Source: Candidatus Woesearchaeota archaeon
GTDB taxonomy: Archaea > Nanobdellota > Nanobdellia > Pacearchaeales > GW2011-AR1
Reading direction: 5' to 3'
DNA: 32,000 nt
Assembly (NCBI GenBank): GCA_964497435.1
Contig: CAZCCD010000005.1
Coordinates: forward strand, 12,214-44,213
Positions 1 through 8,955 of this stretch are shown here, one piece after another (the stretch's first letter is position 1; the number at the start of each line of letters is the position of its first letter). Made by a program: the position numbers and the translations under genes. The notes below the pieces were generated by a model, which did no database searches, had not been told where the DNA came from, and worked only from the letters and a program-made list of their open reading frames with translations.

Positions 1-2
1 TA

Positions 3-1829
3 GACGGACTTAATTCAGATTTAGCTTCTCTTTTATGGGTCTTACCGGGTAACAATATAGAAATAAAAAATTGCAAGATTAGAAACAACAACAGACCGGC
101 TATATACGCTAAGTTAGTAAATAACTTAAATATAAATAATAATATTATAGAAAGTGTTTTTGGAGGGGTGCAAATAGGCAGTCTTTATGATACTAATAGT
201 GGAACTAATTTTAGTGCAAGGAATAACACTATTTTAAATTCTCCTTTATTTGGGTTCATTTTTTTCGGCTTAAGTAACGGATTGATAGAAAATAATACCA
301 TCAACATAAGTAGCATCAGAAGTGGTTTACCAGAAGTAAAATGGGGGGCGGTTATTGGGATAGACACATCTAACTTTACTATAAAAAATAATACTATAAG
401 AAATAGTTCTACAGCTAATTATTCAGATATTATTATCCAGAACGCAGCTTGTGATATAAACATAATTGGCAATGATATTCAAAACAGTTATAGAGGGATT
501 CTTTTGGATAACGCGAAGGCAAGAGGTATCTGCCAAAAATTTATATCAATTGAGAGTAATACTATCAAAAAGATAGACAGACAAGGGATCTATTCTCTCA
601 ATGTTTATCCTTCTCCAGATGGTATAAAACAATATGAAACCATGATAAAAAACAACAAATTTTATGATATTTTTGAAGGAAGCATATTCGTAAAAAAAGC
701 TGCAAGAAATATTCAAATAAGAGATAATTATTTTTATGATAATACAAGAGGAACTGGGTTTAATAGTGGTGTGTGGTTGTTTGGAAATGCAACAAATGTA
801 ACAATAGAAAATAATTCTGGAACACAATTCGCCTACGATTCAACAGGGTTTCATTACGGAATTTATATAGATAATCACCCCCAACTTCTCGACGGCCCAA
901 ATAAAAATATAACAGTAAAAAATAACAATTTTACAAAGTATGTTATAGGAGTGTTAATAAGAGATCCTGGAGCTGTTAATATAAGAGTCCTTTCAAATGA
1001 CTTTAGATCTAATTTTGCAGGTGTTGACCTTGAAGGAACACAAAATATTAAAGTGAGTAGAAATACTCTTGTAAACAATATATTCGGTCTTGGAATTGTT
1101 AATTCTGTAAACAATATCAAAGTCTTCCTCAATAATATTTATGGAAGTACTAGTTATAATATTAATAGTAATGTAGTAATGGAAGCTTCTTATCAGTCTT
1201 TAGGAAATTATTGGGGTCATACAAATTCTCCGTGCTTTATTTCTGGAACAGATTCAACTGGACCTGTTCAAGATAGTTTTCCAATCTGTAATCTAATAAG
1301 TTTCCTTGAAATAAATACATCCTCTCCTGCCTGGTATTTTGTTTCCCAAAATCTAAACTCAAACAGAAAAGTATATGAGGGTCATATGTACTCTTTACAA
1401 GGAGAAGATTTTTCTACTAATCAATTTGAAATAATACAAACTTTTCTAAATGGAAACGCTGATCAGTATGTTCCTGGAAATCCATTTAATGATTTACAAT
1501 GGATGTACCCACATAATGGCTACTGGATTAAAATAATAGAGAAACCAGAAGAAGGCTTCATTCCTTTTGGATTTAAACCAGTCGTTTGTTCTTTAAACCT
1601 TAATTCAGGAATTCACTGGATTGGTTATTGGCAAAATAATCCTGAAGCAACATCAGGAGCTTTGTCAAGTGTTGCTGGAAATTATGATTACATAAGGACA
1701 TTTGAAAATGGAGCTTGGAAAACTTATGATCCTGACTTGATTCCTTTTTCTGACCTTACAGAGATGAAGCCTGGAAATGGTTATTTAATTAAGATGTTAA
1801 ATTCAGATACATTGGATTATTGTTTGTAA
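3..1829 (+). CDS. Secreted/surface right-handed parallel beta-helix (PbH1/NosD-like) repeat protein; 5' end cut by the window edge
   Basis: The frame of the 168..1829 ORF stays open back to nt 3 (DGLNSDLASLLWVLPGNNIEIKNCKIRNNN...), so the GTG at 168 is not the real start. It has repeated 'N-N-x-I-x-N-S' beta-helix rungs and a terminal ...NNIYG...GNYWGH motif typical of NosD-type beta-helix proteins. NxS/T sequons are dense. The C-terminal module is shared with the next gene. Confidence 0.75.
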   Translation, partial: DGLNSDLASLLWVLPGNNIEIKNCKIRNNNRPAIYAKLVNNLNINNNIIESVFGGVQIGSLYDTNSGTNFSARNNTILNSPLFGFIFFGLSNGLIENNTINISSIRSGLPEVKWGAVIGIDTSNFTIKNNTIRNSSTANYSDIIIQNAACDINIIGNDIQNSYRGILLDNAKARGICQKFISIESNTIKKIDRQGIYSLNVYPSPDGIKQYETMIKNNKFYDIFEGSIFVKKAARNIQIRDNYFYDNTRGTGFNSGVWLFGNATNVTIENNSGTQFAYDSTGFHYGIYIDNHPQLLDGPNKNITVKNNNFTKYVIGVLIRDPGAVNIRVLSNDFRSNFAGVDLEGTQNIKVSRNTLVNNIFGLGIVNSVNNIKVFLNNIYGSTSYNINSNVVMEASYQSLGNYWGHTNSPCFISGTDSTGPVQDSFPICNLISFLEINTSSPAWYFVSQNLNSNRKVYEGHMYSLQGEDFSTNQFEIIQTFLNGNADQYVPGNPFNDLQWMYPHNGYWIKIIEKPEEGFIPFGFKPVVCSLNLNSGIHWIGYWQNNPEATSGALSSVAGNYDYIRTFENGAWKTYDPDLIPFSDLTEMKPGNGYLIKMLNSDTLDYCL

Positions 1830-1863
1830 TAAAGATTAAAAACCAAGGTTATTAATTAATTAT

Positions 1864-4053
1864 ATGAAAAAAGAGGTTGTAAATTTAATTATTGTTGTTT
1901 TATTCTTCTTAATTAACATTAATTTTGTATTAGCAATTCCAACTCAGATTAGTGAAGAAACTATTAAAGGAGTTGGGACAGCTAATCGTATTATATTGGT
2001 CCCACCCCAACCACTTGGTTCACCAACTGTTCCTGATTTTTCTTTTCCAAAGAGAGATGTTCAAGGTGTTAGTACAGCAGCGGAATGTGGGAGTATTCCT
2101 ACAAATGGTTGCACAATTACACAAAATACAACATTTAATCCTGGAACTTACATTTTTAATGATTCAATATCTATAATAGCAAATAATGTTACACTGGATT
2201 GCAATGGAGCTACAATCAAAGGAATAACTGGAAGCACATGGCCTCCTCCAAATAATACAGACTTTTCTGGAATTGAAATTGGAAATAATTACAACATAAT
2301 AATTAAAAATTGCAACATGAAAAATTGGGTATATGAAATTGCAGACAATTTTTATTACAATAGGGATGCTGGGCCACATCCTCCAGGTTTTATGTTTGGG
2401 GTTAAGCTTTTAAATAATAATCTAACAGACTCTTGGGTTGGACTCTATCCTAGTCCTTACTCAAAAAATGATGTAATAAAAGGAAATAATTTTATCAGAA
2501 ATTACAATCATTGTATTTATGATTTTCAAGCTCCGAACTCAACGATAGAAGGAAATCTCTTTAAAGACTCTGCATTAGGTCATGAATGTATGATTTTCTT
2601 AGGAGGATGTGACCAAAAATACATAAATAATACTGCTGACAATGTTTCTTACCCTATTTATAACATTGCTATAACTAACTCAACTTATTACTATAAATGT
2701 AGTTATGTAGCTAACATTAGTTCTAATGTTTTTAAAAATACTCCAGAAGGTCCTGCATTAAGGGTGTCTCATCGAGCTATTGTGAATAATCAAATATTGC
2801 CTAATGGAACAGTAACAATAGAGAAGAATGAATTTTCAAATAATCGGGCCGGGGCTATTGATATTCAGGGGACAGGATTTACTGCTAGTGATAATAGAAC
2901 TAGAAACACTGATGTGAAAATTCTTAAAAATAAGTTTTATGGAAATGAATTCTATGCTGTTAGGATTTCTCCACACGCCTTTTCCTCAGAAATATTTCCT
3001 TCGAAGAACATAGAAATTTATGAAAACGAATGTGTTGGCTACGCAATATCCCCCTTTGATCATTGTATTGTAGTTAATGCATGGCCTCTAGGTAATGCAA
3101 AACCATACCCAATTAGTGATGTCTCAATACATGATAACAATCTAACAAATTTTGGCGGCGGAGTCTTTGTCTTAAACAATCACTATGGGAAAAATAATCG
3201 GATTTTCAATAATAATATCTCTGGAGGAATGATTGGAATTCCTGTATATGCTGCCAACGGGACTTTAGTAAGTGCAAATAAGATTTATAATAATTATGTA
3301 GGAATGCAATCTCTCTATCTTGACAACGATGTTAATATTTTTTTAAATGATATTTATTCTAACTCTCAAAAAAATATTGAAAGTGATTTTCCTCTTGAAG
3401 TCTCTTATGCTAAATTTGGAAACTACTGGGGGCATTCAACTCCTCCATGCTTTATTCCTGGATTTGATTCAAATAGTATTAGTGTTGTTGATAGTTTTGC
3501 TTATTGTTATCCTACTAACTTAACTTCAATTTTAATACCAATTCCTTCTTTTGGATGGTATTTTTTCTCTTTTAATGTTTTGCCTGCAAACACAACCCCC
3601 CAAAATATTTTAAATCCTTTAACAAGTGTTTTAGGAGCTCCTTTTTACGATGTAGTTCAAGCTCTTTTAAATGGAAATTCAGATCAATATGTTCCTGGAG
3701 GAGCATTCAATGATTTAAATAACATGAATCCTCTGCAAGGATATTGGGTAAAATTAATAACAACTCCTGATTATGATTTAGTTGTCGCTGGAAACAAAAT
3801 AACGAGTTGTAATTCTTTAAACCTTAATCTAGGAACTCATTGGATCGGTTACTGGCCTAGCAATCCAGAAGCAACTTCAGGAGCTTTATCTTCTGTTGCT
3901 GGAAACTACGACTATATAAGGACATTTGAAAATGGTGCATGGAAAACCTATGATCCTGACTTGATTCCTTTTTCTGATTTAACTGAGATGAAGCCAGGAA
4001 ATGGTTATTTAATCAGGATGTTAAATTCAGATACATTGGATTATTGTCTATAA
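1864..4053 (+). CDS. Secreted/surface beta-helix (PbH1/NosD-like) repeat protein, paralogue of the upstream gene
   Basis: It has an N-terminal hydrophobic signal/anchor (MKKEVVNLIIVVLFFLININFVLA). Beta-helix rung repeats are present (IIIKNCNM, VIKGNNFIRN, ILKNKFYGN, IHDNNLTN, IFNNNISG) along with a GNYWGH motif. The last ~215 aa align with the previous protein and the last 71 aa are 68/71 identical. Confidence 0.8.
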   Translation: MKKEVVNLIIVVLFFLININFVLAIPTQISEETIKGVGTANRIILVPPQPLGSPTVPDFSFPKRDVQGVSTAAECGSIPTNGCTITQNTTFNPGTYIFNDSISIIANNVTLDCNGATIKGITGSTWPPPNNTDFSGIEIGNNYNIIIKNCNMKNWVYEIADNFYYNRDAGPHPPGFMFGVKLLNNNLTDSWVGLYPSPYSKNDVIKGNNFIRNYNHCIYDFQAPNSTIEGNLFKDSALGHECMIFLGGCDQKYINNTADNVSYPIYNIAITNSTYYYKCSYVANISSNVFKNTPEGPALRVSHRAIVNNQILPNGTVTIEKNEFSNNRAGAIDIQGTGFTASDNRTRNTDVKILKNKFYGNEFYAVRISPHAFSSEIFPSKNIEIYENECVGYAISPFDHCIVVNAWPLGNAKPYPISDVSIHDNNLTNFGGGVFVLNNHYGKNNRIFNNNISGGMIGIPVYAANGTLVSANKIYNNYVGMQSLYLDNDVNIFLNDIYSNSQKNIESDFPLEVSYAKFGNYWGHSTPPCFIPGFDSNSISVVDSFAYCYPTNLTSILIPIPSFGWYFFSFNVLPANTTPQNILNPLTSVLGAPFYDVVQALLNGNSDQYVPGGAFNDLNNMNPLQGYWVKLITTPDYDLVVAGNKITSCNSLNLNLGTHWIGYWPSNPEATSGALSSVAGNYDYIRTFENGAWKTYDPDLIPFSDLTEMKPGNGYLIRMLNSDTLDYCL

Positions 4054-4077
4054 ATTTATAAATAATAAAAGATAGTC

Positions 4078-6225
4078 ATGAATATGAAAAGAGGACTTTT
4101 AATTACCTTTGTTTTTGTTTTCATTTTTTTAGTTAGCTTAGCTTCTGCTCAAACAATTACTGGAACAGTCAGAAATTCGACAGGAAGTGTTATTCCTAAT
4201 GCAGTTGTTGAAGCCTGGAATTGGGCTGTTGACAGTTTAATAACTGAAACCACGACAGACATAAATGGTAATTATGTCTTAAGTTCTGGATTAATTAATG
4301 GAAACCAATACACTGTCAGGGCTTTTTATTATTATAATACAACATTAGTAACAGGCCAATGCTGGGATAATGTTATTTATCAAGGTTATATGCCTAAGGT
4401 TCAGAATGTTATTGCGTCTGCAAGCAATGTTAATTTTGCCTTAGATCCTATACCTGTTGTCACGCCAAGGGCTTTTTTTGGCAGATATAGTAGTGGAGTT
4501 TCAACTTTTAATGACAAACTTTTAAGAAGAGGAGATGTTGTCACAACTAAAGATCCTACTGGAATAATAAATGGTGTTGGAGTAAATTGTTGGGCAGGAG
4601 GAGGAAATAGAGGAGACTATGTTTTAGATTCTTGGAGAGATGATACGAGTTCTGTTTTGCTTAATTTTTCAATCAATAATGTTAGTGCAATAAATATATC
4701 TGGAAGCAGGCAATGGAGTCAATCAGGAGGAACTGTTGATCTTTCTACAACAGGTAATCCTGCGCAATGTCAGCTTATTAGTGCTCGCTGGAGTCAGAGT
4801 AGTGCTGTAGTTAATCAAACAGTTTCCCTCATTGTTAACACAAGCGGATGTGCTGGAAGAGAAATAAGTTTTACAATTACAGAAGGAGGAAGTGTAAGCC
4901 AGGGCCCTGCTACACAACAACCTATAACAGCTTTTGTTGATTTTTTTGAATCTGCAATTACAACATGGAGAGCTGAACTAGTTAATGATGATATTTTTCC
5001 AGACAGCGATCCTCCTGAATATTACTTTATTGCGAGGATGGTTCAAAATGTCTCTGTTAGTGTTGACTCAAGGACATTTAATCAATATCTAAATGTCTTG
5101 CCAGATACAGTTCCTCCAACAATTTCTAATCAACAAATAAACTTTTTTGGGGAAAATGTGATAATAACATGGAATACTGATGAGCCTTCTTGGGGCCAGG
5201 TTCAATATGGATTAACAACTAGTTACGGAAGCGTTGTTTCGAACTTTACGACTCTTAAAACATCTCATATGCTTGTTATTAATGGAATTAATTTAGATCA
5301 GTTATATCATTATAGAATTACTTCTAGTGACCAGTCTGGAAACACACAATATGATTCTGATAGGACATTTACAATAAACTCGCCTGTAACAATAGAACTT
5401 CAGCAAGGAATATTTAATTATTATTTTGGAACTAAAGACACTTATCTTTATTCTCAAGGAGATATTGATGTTGGTTATTTAAATGATTTTAGACTTGGAC
5501 AGAGGCTTGATAATGGAGATTTTTCCCATCCAATTTTAAGATTCGATGTTTCTCCAATTCCTTCTAATGCAAACATAATATCAGCAACTCTCGAGACTTA
5601 TCTTTATGACAAATCAGACAATATAACTTTGACTCAATACCCTATAACAGGCAATCTTTACAGAGTTCTTAGAGACTGGGGAAATCAGGGAAATGATGGC
5701 ACAATAAATCCTGGAGAGGTTTCGTGGAATTATTCTTTCTACAATACTGTTTTATGGGGTCAGCCAGGAGCTAACCAAGCTAGTGTTGATAGAGAAACAA
5801 ATTTCCAGGATTCTAAAACATTTACACAGACAAGCCCATTAGGATGGTATTCTTGGAATTTAAATGAGAGTGCAGTGCAAGGATGGACAAATACAAGTGA
5901 TAGTGTAAATAATTATGGGATTGTAATAAAATCACCAGCTATTACAAATGCCATGAGATACAGATTTTATTCTTCAGAACACTTTAATCAGACTCTAAGG
6001 CCAAAATTAGTCATCATTTATACTAAGGGGGCTGTAATCTGCCCTGACTTTAATAAAGATAGTATTATTAATGTTATAGATTTGGCATTAGTAGTTTACT
6101 GGCAAGGCAAAAGATCGAGTGATTTAGATTGGAACAATTATAGATATCTTGACACTGATTTAAATAATGTCATAAATTATCAAGATGTTAATTATGTTGT
6201 GGCAAGGCTTGGAGGTGTATGTTAA
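4078..6225 (+). CDS. Secreted multidomain surface protein: CarboxypepD_reg-like, FN3/PAP-N-like, DNRLRE-like and C-terminal dockerin-like domains
   Basis: Signal peptide: MNMKRGLLITFVFVFIFLVSLASA/QT. CarboxypepD_reg-like: ITGTVRNSTGSVIPNAVVEAW...INGNYVL. FN3-like: PPTISN..ITWNTDEPSWGQVQYGLTTSYG..YHYRITSSDQSGN. DNRLRE-like: DTYLYSQ...HPILRFDVSPIPSNANIISATLETYLY. Two EF-hand-like dockerin repeats: DFNKDSIINVID and DTDLNNVINYQD. Confidence 0.75.
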   Translation: MNMKRGLLITFVFVFIFLVSLASAQTITGTVRNSTGSVIPNAVVEAWNWAVDSLITETTTDINGNYVLSSGLINGNQYTVRAFYYYNTTLVTGQCWDNVIYQGYMPKVQNVIASASNVNFALDPIPVVTPRAFFGRYSSGVSTFNDKLLRRGDVVTTKDPTGIINGVGVNCWAGGGNRGDYVLDSWRDDTSSVLLNFSINNVSAINISGSRQWSQSGGTVDLSTTGNPAQCQLISARWSQSSAVVNQTVSLIVNTSGCAGREISFTITEGGSVSQGPATQQPITAFVDFFESAITTWRAELVNDDIFPDSDPPEYYFIARMVQNVSVSVDSRTFNQYLNVLPDTVPPTISNQQINFFGENVIITWNTDEPSWGQVQYGLTTSYGSVVSNFTTLKTSHMLVINGINLDQLYHYRITSSDQSGNTQYDSDRTFTINSPVTIELQQGIFNYYFGTKDTYLYSQGDIDVGYLNDFRLGQRLDNGDFSHPILRFDVSPIPSNANIISATLETYLYDKSDNITLTQYPITGNLYRVLRDWGNQGNDGTINPGEVSWNYSFYNTVLWGQPGANQASVDRETNFQDSKTFTQTSPLGWYSWNLNESAVQGWTNTSDSVNNYGIVIKSPAITNAMRYRFYSSEHFNQTLRPKLVIIYTKGAVICPDFNKDSIINVIDLALVVYWQGKRSSDLDWNNYRYLDTDLNNVINYQDVNYVVARLGGVC

Positions 6226-6229
6226 TAAC

Positions 6230-6253
6230 AAATTAAACATGTTTTTTTAATTT
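6230..6253. terminator. Candidate bidirectional terminator hairpin with a T-run between convergent genes
   Basis: AAATTAAA (6230-6237) and TTTAATTT (6246-6253) form a perfect 8-bp inverted repeat around the loop catgtttt. It overlaps a T7 run (6242-6248). It lies in the 54-nt gap between the stops of 4078..6225(+) and 6280..6645(-). Confidence 0.4.
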
Positions 6254-6279
6254 CTTTACTGCTCGAATTAGATGGAGTA

Positions 6280-6645
6280 TTAAGAAGTAACTAATTCTCT
6301 ATTTGAAATAAGCTGTTTATAATTGTGTCCTTCTATCTCATTAAAAACCCTGTTAGCATCTGCTTGGGAAATTGGTCTGTATTCGGTTTTTACACCATTT
6401 ATAGTAACCATGTATACTCCTCCTAGTGGAGTGTCGCGAATGAAACTGCTTCTATCTGGTAGCATTCTATCTCTGCTTGGCCTCTCAACAGCAATTCTTG
6501 AAACGAGATCTTGAGGTGTTTTTCCTGTATAACAAGAATCATCTCCTCTAGCTAAAGAAGAACAAACATAAACCCAATTTTCAAAATCAAATTCTTTTGG
6601 CTTACTTGCCGTAAATCTGCTTGTTTTATAGAGCAAAAGAGTCAT
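6280..6645 (-). CDS. Hypothetical protein (121 aa), translationally coupled to metG
   Basis: This is a long ORF on the same strand as metG. Its ATG overlaps the metG TGA as ATGA (6642-6645). I recognise no family. Confidence 0.55.
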   Translation of the reverse strand: MTLLLYKTSRFTASKPKEFDFENWVYVCSSLARGDDSCYTGKTPQDLVSRIAVERPSRDRMLPDRSSFIRDTPLGGVYMVTINGVKTEYRPISQADANRVFNEIEGHNYKQLISNRELVTS

Positions 6646-8174
6646 ATCTTCTTAAACAAAATTTGAGGCTTTTTAATATTTTTTGCACTAAACAAGCTAG
6701 TTATTTTCTCGCTTGTTCCAGGAATAAACGGCCAAAGCAGTTCTGAAATATTTAATATGCTTTCTTTTAGCTCATACAAAACTTTTTTGTTTTTGGTTTC
6801 CCAGGGTTTTTTTATTTGAACATACCAATTACAATGATCAATAAAAGAAAAGATTGTATTTAATGCTTTATCAAATTGATATTCCTCCATATATTTTTTA
6901 ACAAACAATCCAATAGCTTCAATCCATTCATTAGGATGTTCACTAAGAAATGCTATATCATTTATTTCAGAAACTTGTCCTTTTTTAGCTCCGCTATATT
7001 TTCTAAATATGCATAAGCAACCTTCATCATTAACTCTTAGTTCTGCCTCACCTTTCTCTATAGATTTTTTTAATCTTTTCTCTAACTTTATCTTGTTTTC
7101 TGTTTTTTCAACCCCATTTTTTTCAATTAGATTAGAAACTCTGCTTATCAAGTTGCCAAGTTTATTTGCTAGTTCGTTGTTGTGTCTTTCAACCAGGATT
7201 TCTTCACTATAATCAGAATCTTCAAAAATAGAGCAACGAAATAATGAATATCTTACAGAGTCAACACCATATTTTTCAATAAGATTTAGAGGATCTATTG
7301 TATTTCCGAAAGTTTTGCTTATTTTTTGTCCTTTAAGATTTATATAACCATGGACTAGAAGTGTTTTTGGCAACTCATATCCTGCAGAAATTAAAATTGC
7401 AGGCCATATAACAGAATGAAACCAATTAATGCCTTTTCCAACAACATGAACATCAGCAGGCCAGTTTCCATCGGCTCCTGAAATATAATTAATAAGGGCA
7501 TCAAACCAAACATAAATCTTGTAACTTTTATCTATAGGCGAAGTTATACCCCAATCCAAATTTTTTCTTGAAACATACAAATCTTTTAGCTCTCCATTTT
7601 GTAATCTTGACAATATTTCGTTTTTTCTTGTTTCTGGAACAATATAACTTTCAATAAACTTAATTATTTTGTCTTTATACTTGCTTAACTTAAAAAAATA
7701 TCCTTCTTCTGAAATTAACTCAACCTTCTTGTTATGTTCGGGGCATTTTCCGTCAATTAAGTCTTTTTCTGTTTTAAATGCCTCACATCCATAACAGTAA
7801 AATCCTTCGTATTTTCCTTTGTACATCTCCCCTTTATCATAAACTTGTTTGAAAATTTTCCTTGCAGTTTTTACATGTCTTTCTTCTGTTGTCCTAATAA
7901 AATCATCATAAGCCAAATTTAATTTATTGCAAAGCTCAAGAAAGATTTTAGAATTTCTGTCTACAAATTTTTTTACTGGGATACCTTCTTCTTTTGCAGC
8001 CTGTGCGTTTTTTTGGGCATTTTCATCAGTGCCAGTTAGATAGTATGTTTTTTTTCCTTGTAATTTTTTCCATCTTACTATAGCATCAGCTATGACTTTC
8101 TCAAATGCATGACCTATGTGAGGACGTGAATTGACGTAATCAATAGCTGTTGTAATGTAAAACTTCTTTGCCAT
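6642..8174 (-). CDS. metG: Methionyl-tRNA synthetase (class I), short form without a C-terminal tRNA-binding appendage
   Basis: HIGH motif (SRPHIGHAFE). KMSKS-type motif (GQKISKTFGN). Zinc knuckle (CYGCEAF...GKCPEH). The overall layout is MetRS-like. Confidence 0.93.
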   Translation of the reverse strand: MAKKFYITTAIDYVNSRPHIGHAFEKVIADAIVRWKKLQGKKTYYLTGTDENAQKNAQAAKEEGIPVKKFVDRNSKIFLELCNKLNLAYDDFIRTTEERHVKTARKIFKQVYDKGEMYKGKYEGFYCYGCEAFKTEKDLIDGKCPEHNKKVELISEEGYFFKLSKYKDKIIKFIESYIVPETRKNEILSRLQNGELKDLYVSRKNLDWGITSPIDKSYKIYVWFDALINYISGADGNWPADVHVVGKGINWFHSVIWPAILISAGYELPKTLLVHGYINLKGQKISKTFGNTIDPLNLIEKYGVDSVRYSLFRCSIFEDSDYSEEILVERHNNELANKLGNLISRVSNLIEKNGVEKTENKIKLEKRLKKSIEKGEAELRVNDEGCLCIFRKYSGAKKGQVSEINDIAFLSEHPNEWIEAIGLFVKKYMEEYQFDKALNTIFSFIDHCNWYVQIKKPWETKNKKVLYELKESILNISELLWPFIPGTSEKITSLFSAKNIKKPQILFKKI

Positions 8175-8226
8175 GAAAATAACAGAAAAACAATATATAA
8201 AAACCTAACTAGAAAGATATTAATAT

Positions 8227-8358
8227 GCGTCATTAGTTTATCGGTAGAATGAAAGCTTCCCACGAACGGCCATGCTTGGACGTTCGTTCACAAAATCTGA
8301 AAGATTTTAGTGTTCTCGGAAAAAGCTTTAGGGCCGGGTTCAATTCCCGGATGGCGCA
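8227..8358 (+). tRNA. tRNA-Gly(CCC) with a 61-nt intron at canonical position 37/38 (intron about 8263..8323)
   Basis: Acceptor GCGTCAT/ATGGCGC plus discriminator A. T-arm CCGGG-TTCAATT-CCCGG. 4-nt variable loop, which is Gly-like. Anticodon stem AAAGC/GCTTT with 5' loop TTCCCA. Splice motif: 3' bulge AAA, 4-bp helix TTCC/GGAA, 5' bulge CAC (relaxed BHB). No CCA is encoded. Confidence 0.8.
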
Positions 8359-8365
8359 TTTTGAA

Positions 8366-8854
8366 CTATTCATCACCAATTAAAATTGTCCTTTTTTCTT
8401 GCTCATTTGCTTTTTTAAGGCTTTCAGAAATTCTCAAAAGATGAGGATAAATTGCAGAAGCCTCTCTTCTTTCAAAACCAAGATCCATTATAACATGTAT
8501 ATAATCTTCTTCTGATAATTTGTATCCTGGGTTTAATCCGTAAACAAGATTCTTGTTTCTTTGAACACGTTTTTGAGCTATCATGCCTTCTAAAATATCT
8601 CCATATCTAGGATTCTCTATTTTAAATAAGTATATCCCTTCTCTTAATGTCCTTGACTTTTCTTCTTCACTTTCTTCTAAATATGCAAAAAATCTTTCAT
8701 TAACTTCTTCTTTGTCTAATAAATCAACAATCTCTGTAGCAACTTTGGTCAGCCTTCTAACTCCTTTCTCGCCTAAGCTTTTTAAGACCCTGTAAGAAAT
8801 ATCAGATGATATTAGTCTTCTTACTCTCTTCTCGAGTTCTGTTCTTTCGGCCAT
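8366..8854 (-). CDS. Hypothetical protein (162 aa), charged and helical
   Basis: This is a long ORF with a standard promoter context: CACAATAA + ATATTAAATA, then 21 nt to the ATG. I recognise no family. Confidence 0.55.
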   Translation of the reverse strand: MAERTELEKRVRRLISSDISYRVLKSLGEKGVRRLTKVATEIVDLLDKEEVNERFFAYLEESEEEKSRTLREGIYLFKIENPRYGDILEGMIAQKRVQRNKNLVYGLNPGYKLSEEDYIHVIMDLGFERREASAIYPHLLRISESLKKANEQEKRTILIGDE

Positions 8855-8955
8855 AAAAAATCCATAATAAAAGAGTATTTAATATTTATTGTGTTAATTT
8901 ACGTAACAAAAAAATCCTACAAAAAATATTTAAACTATTATAATTTTTAAATTGA

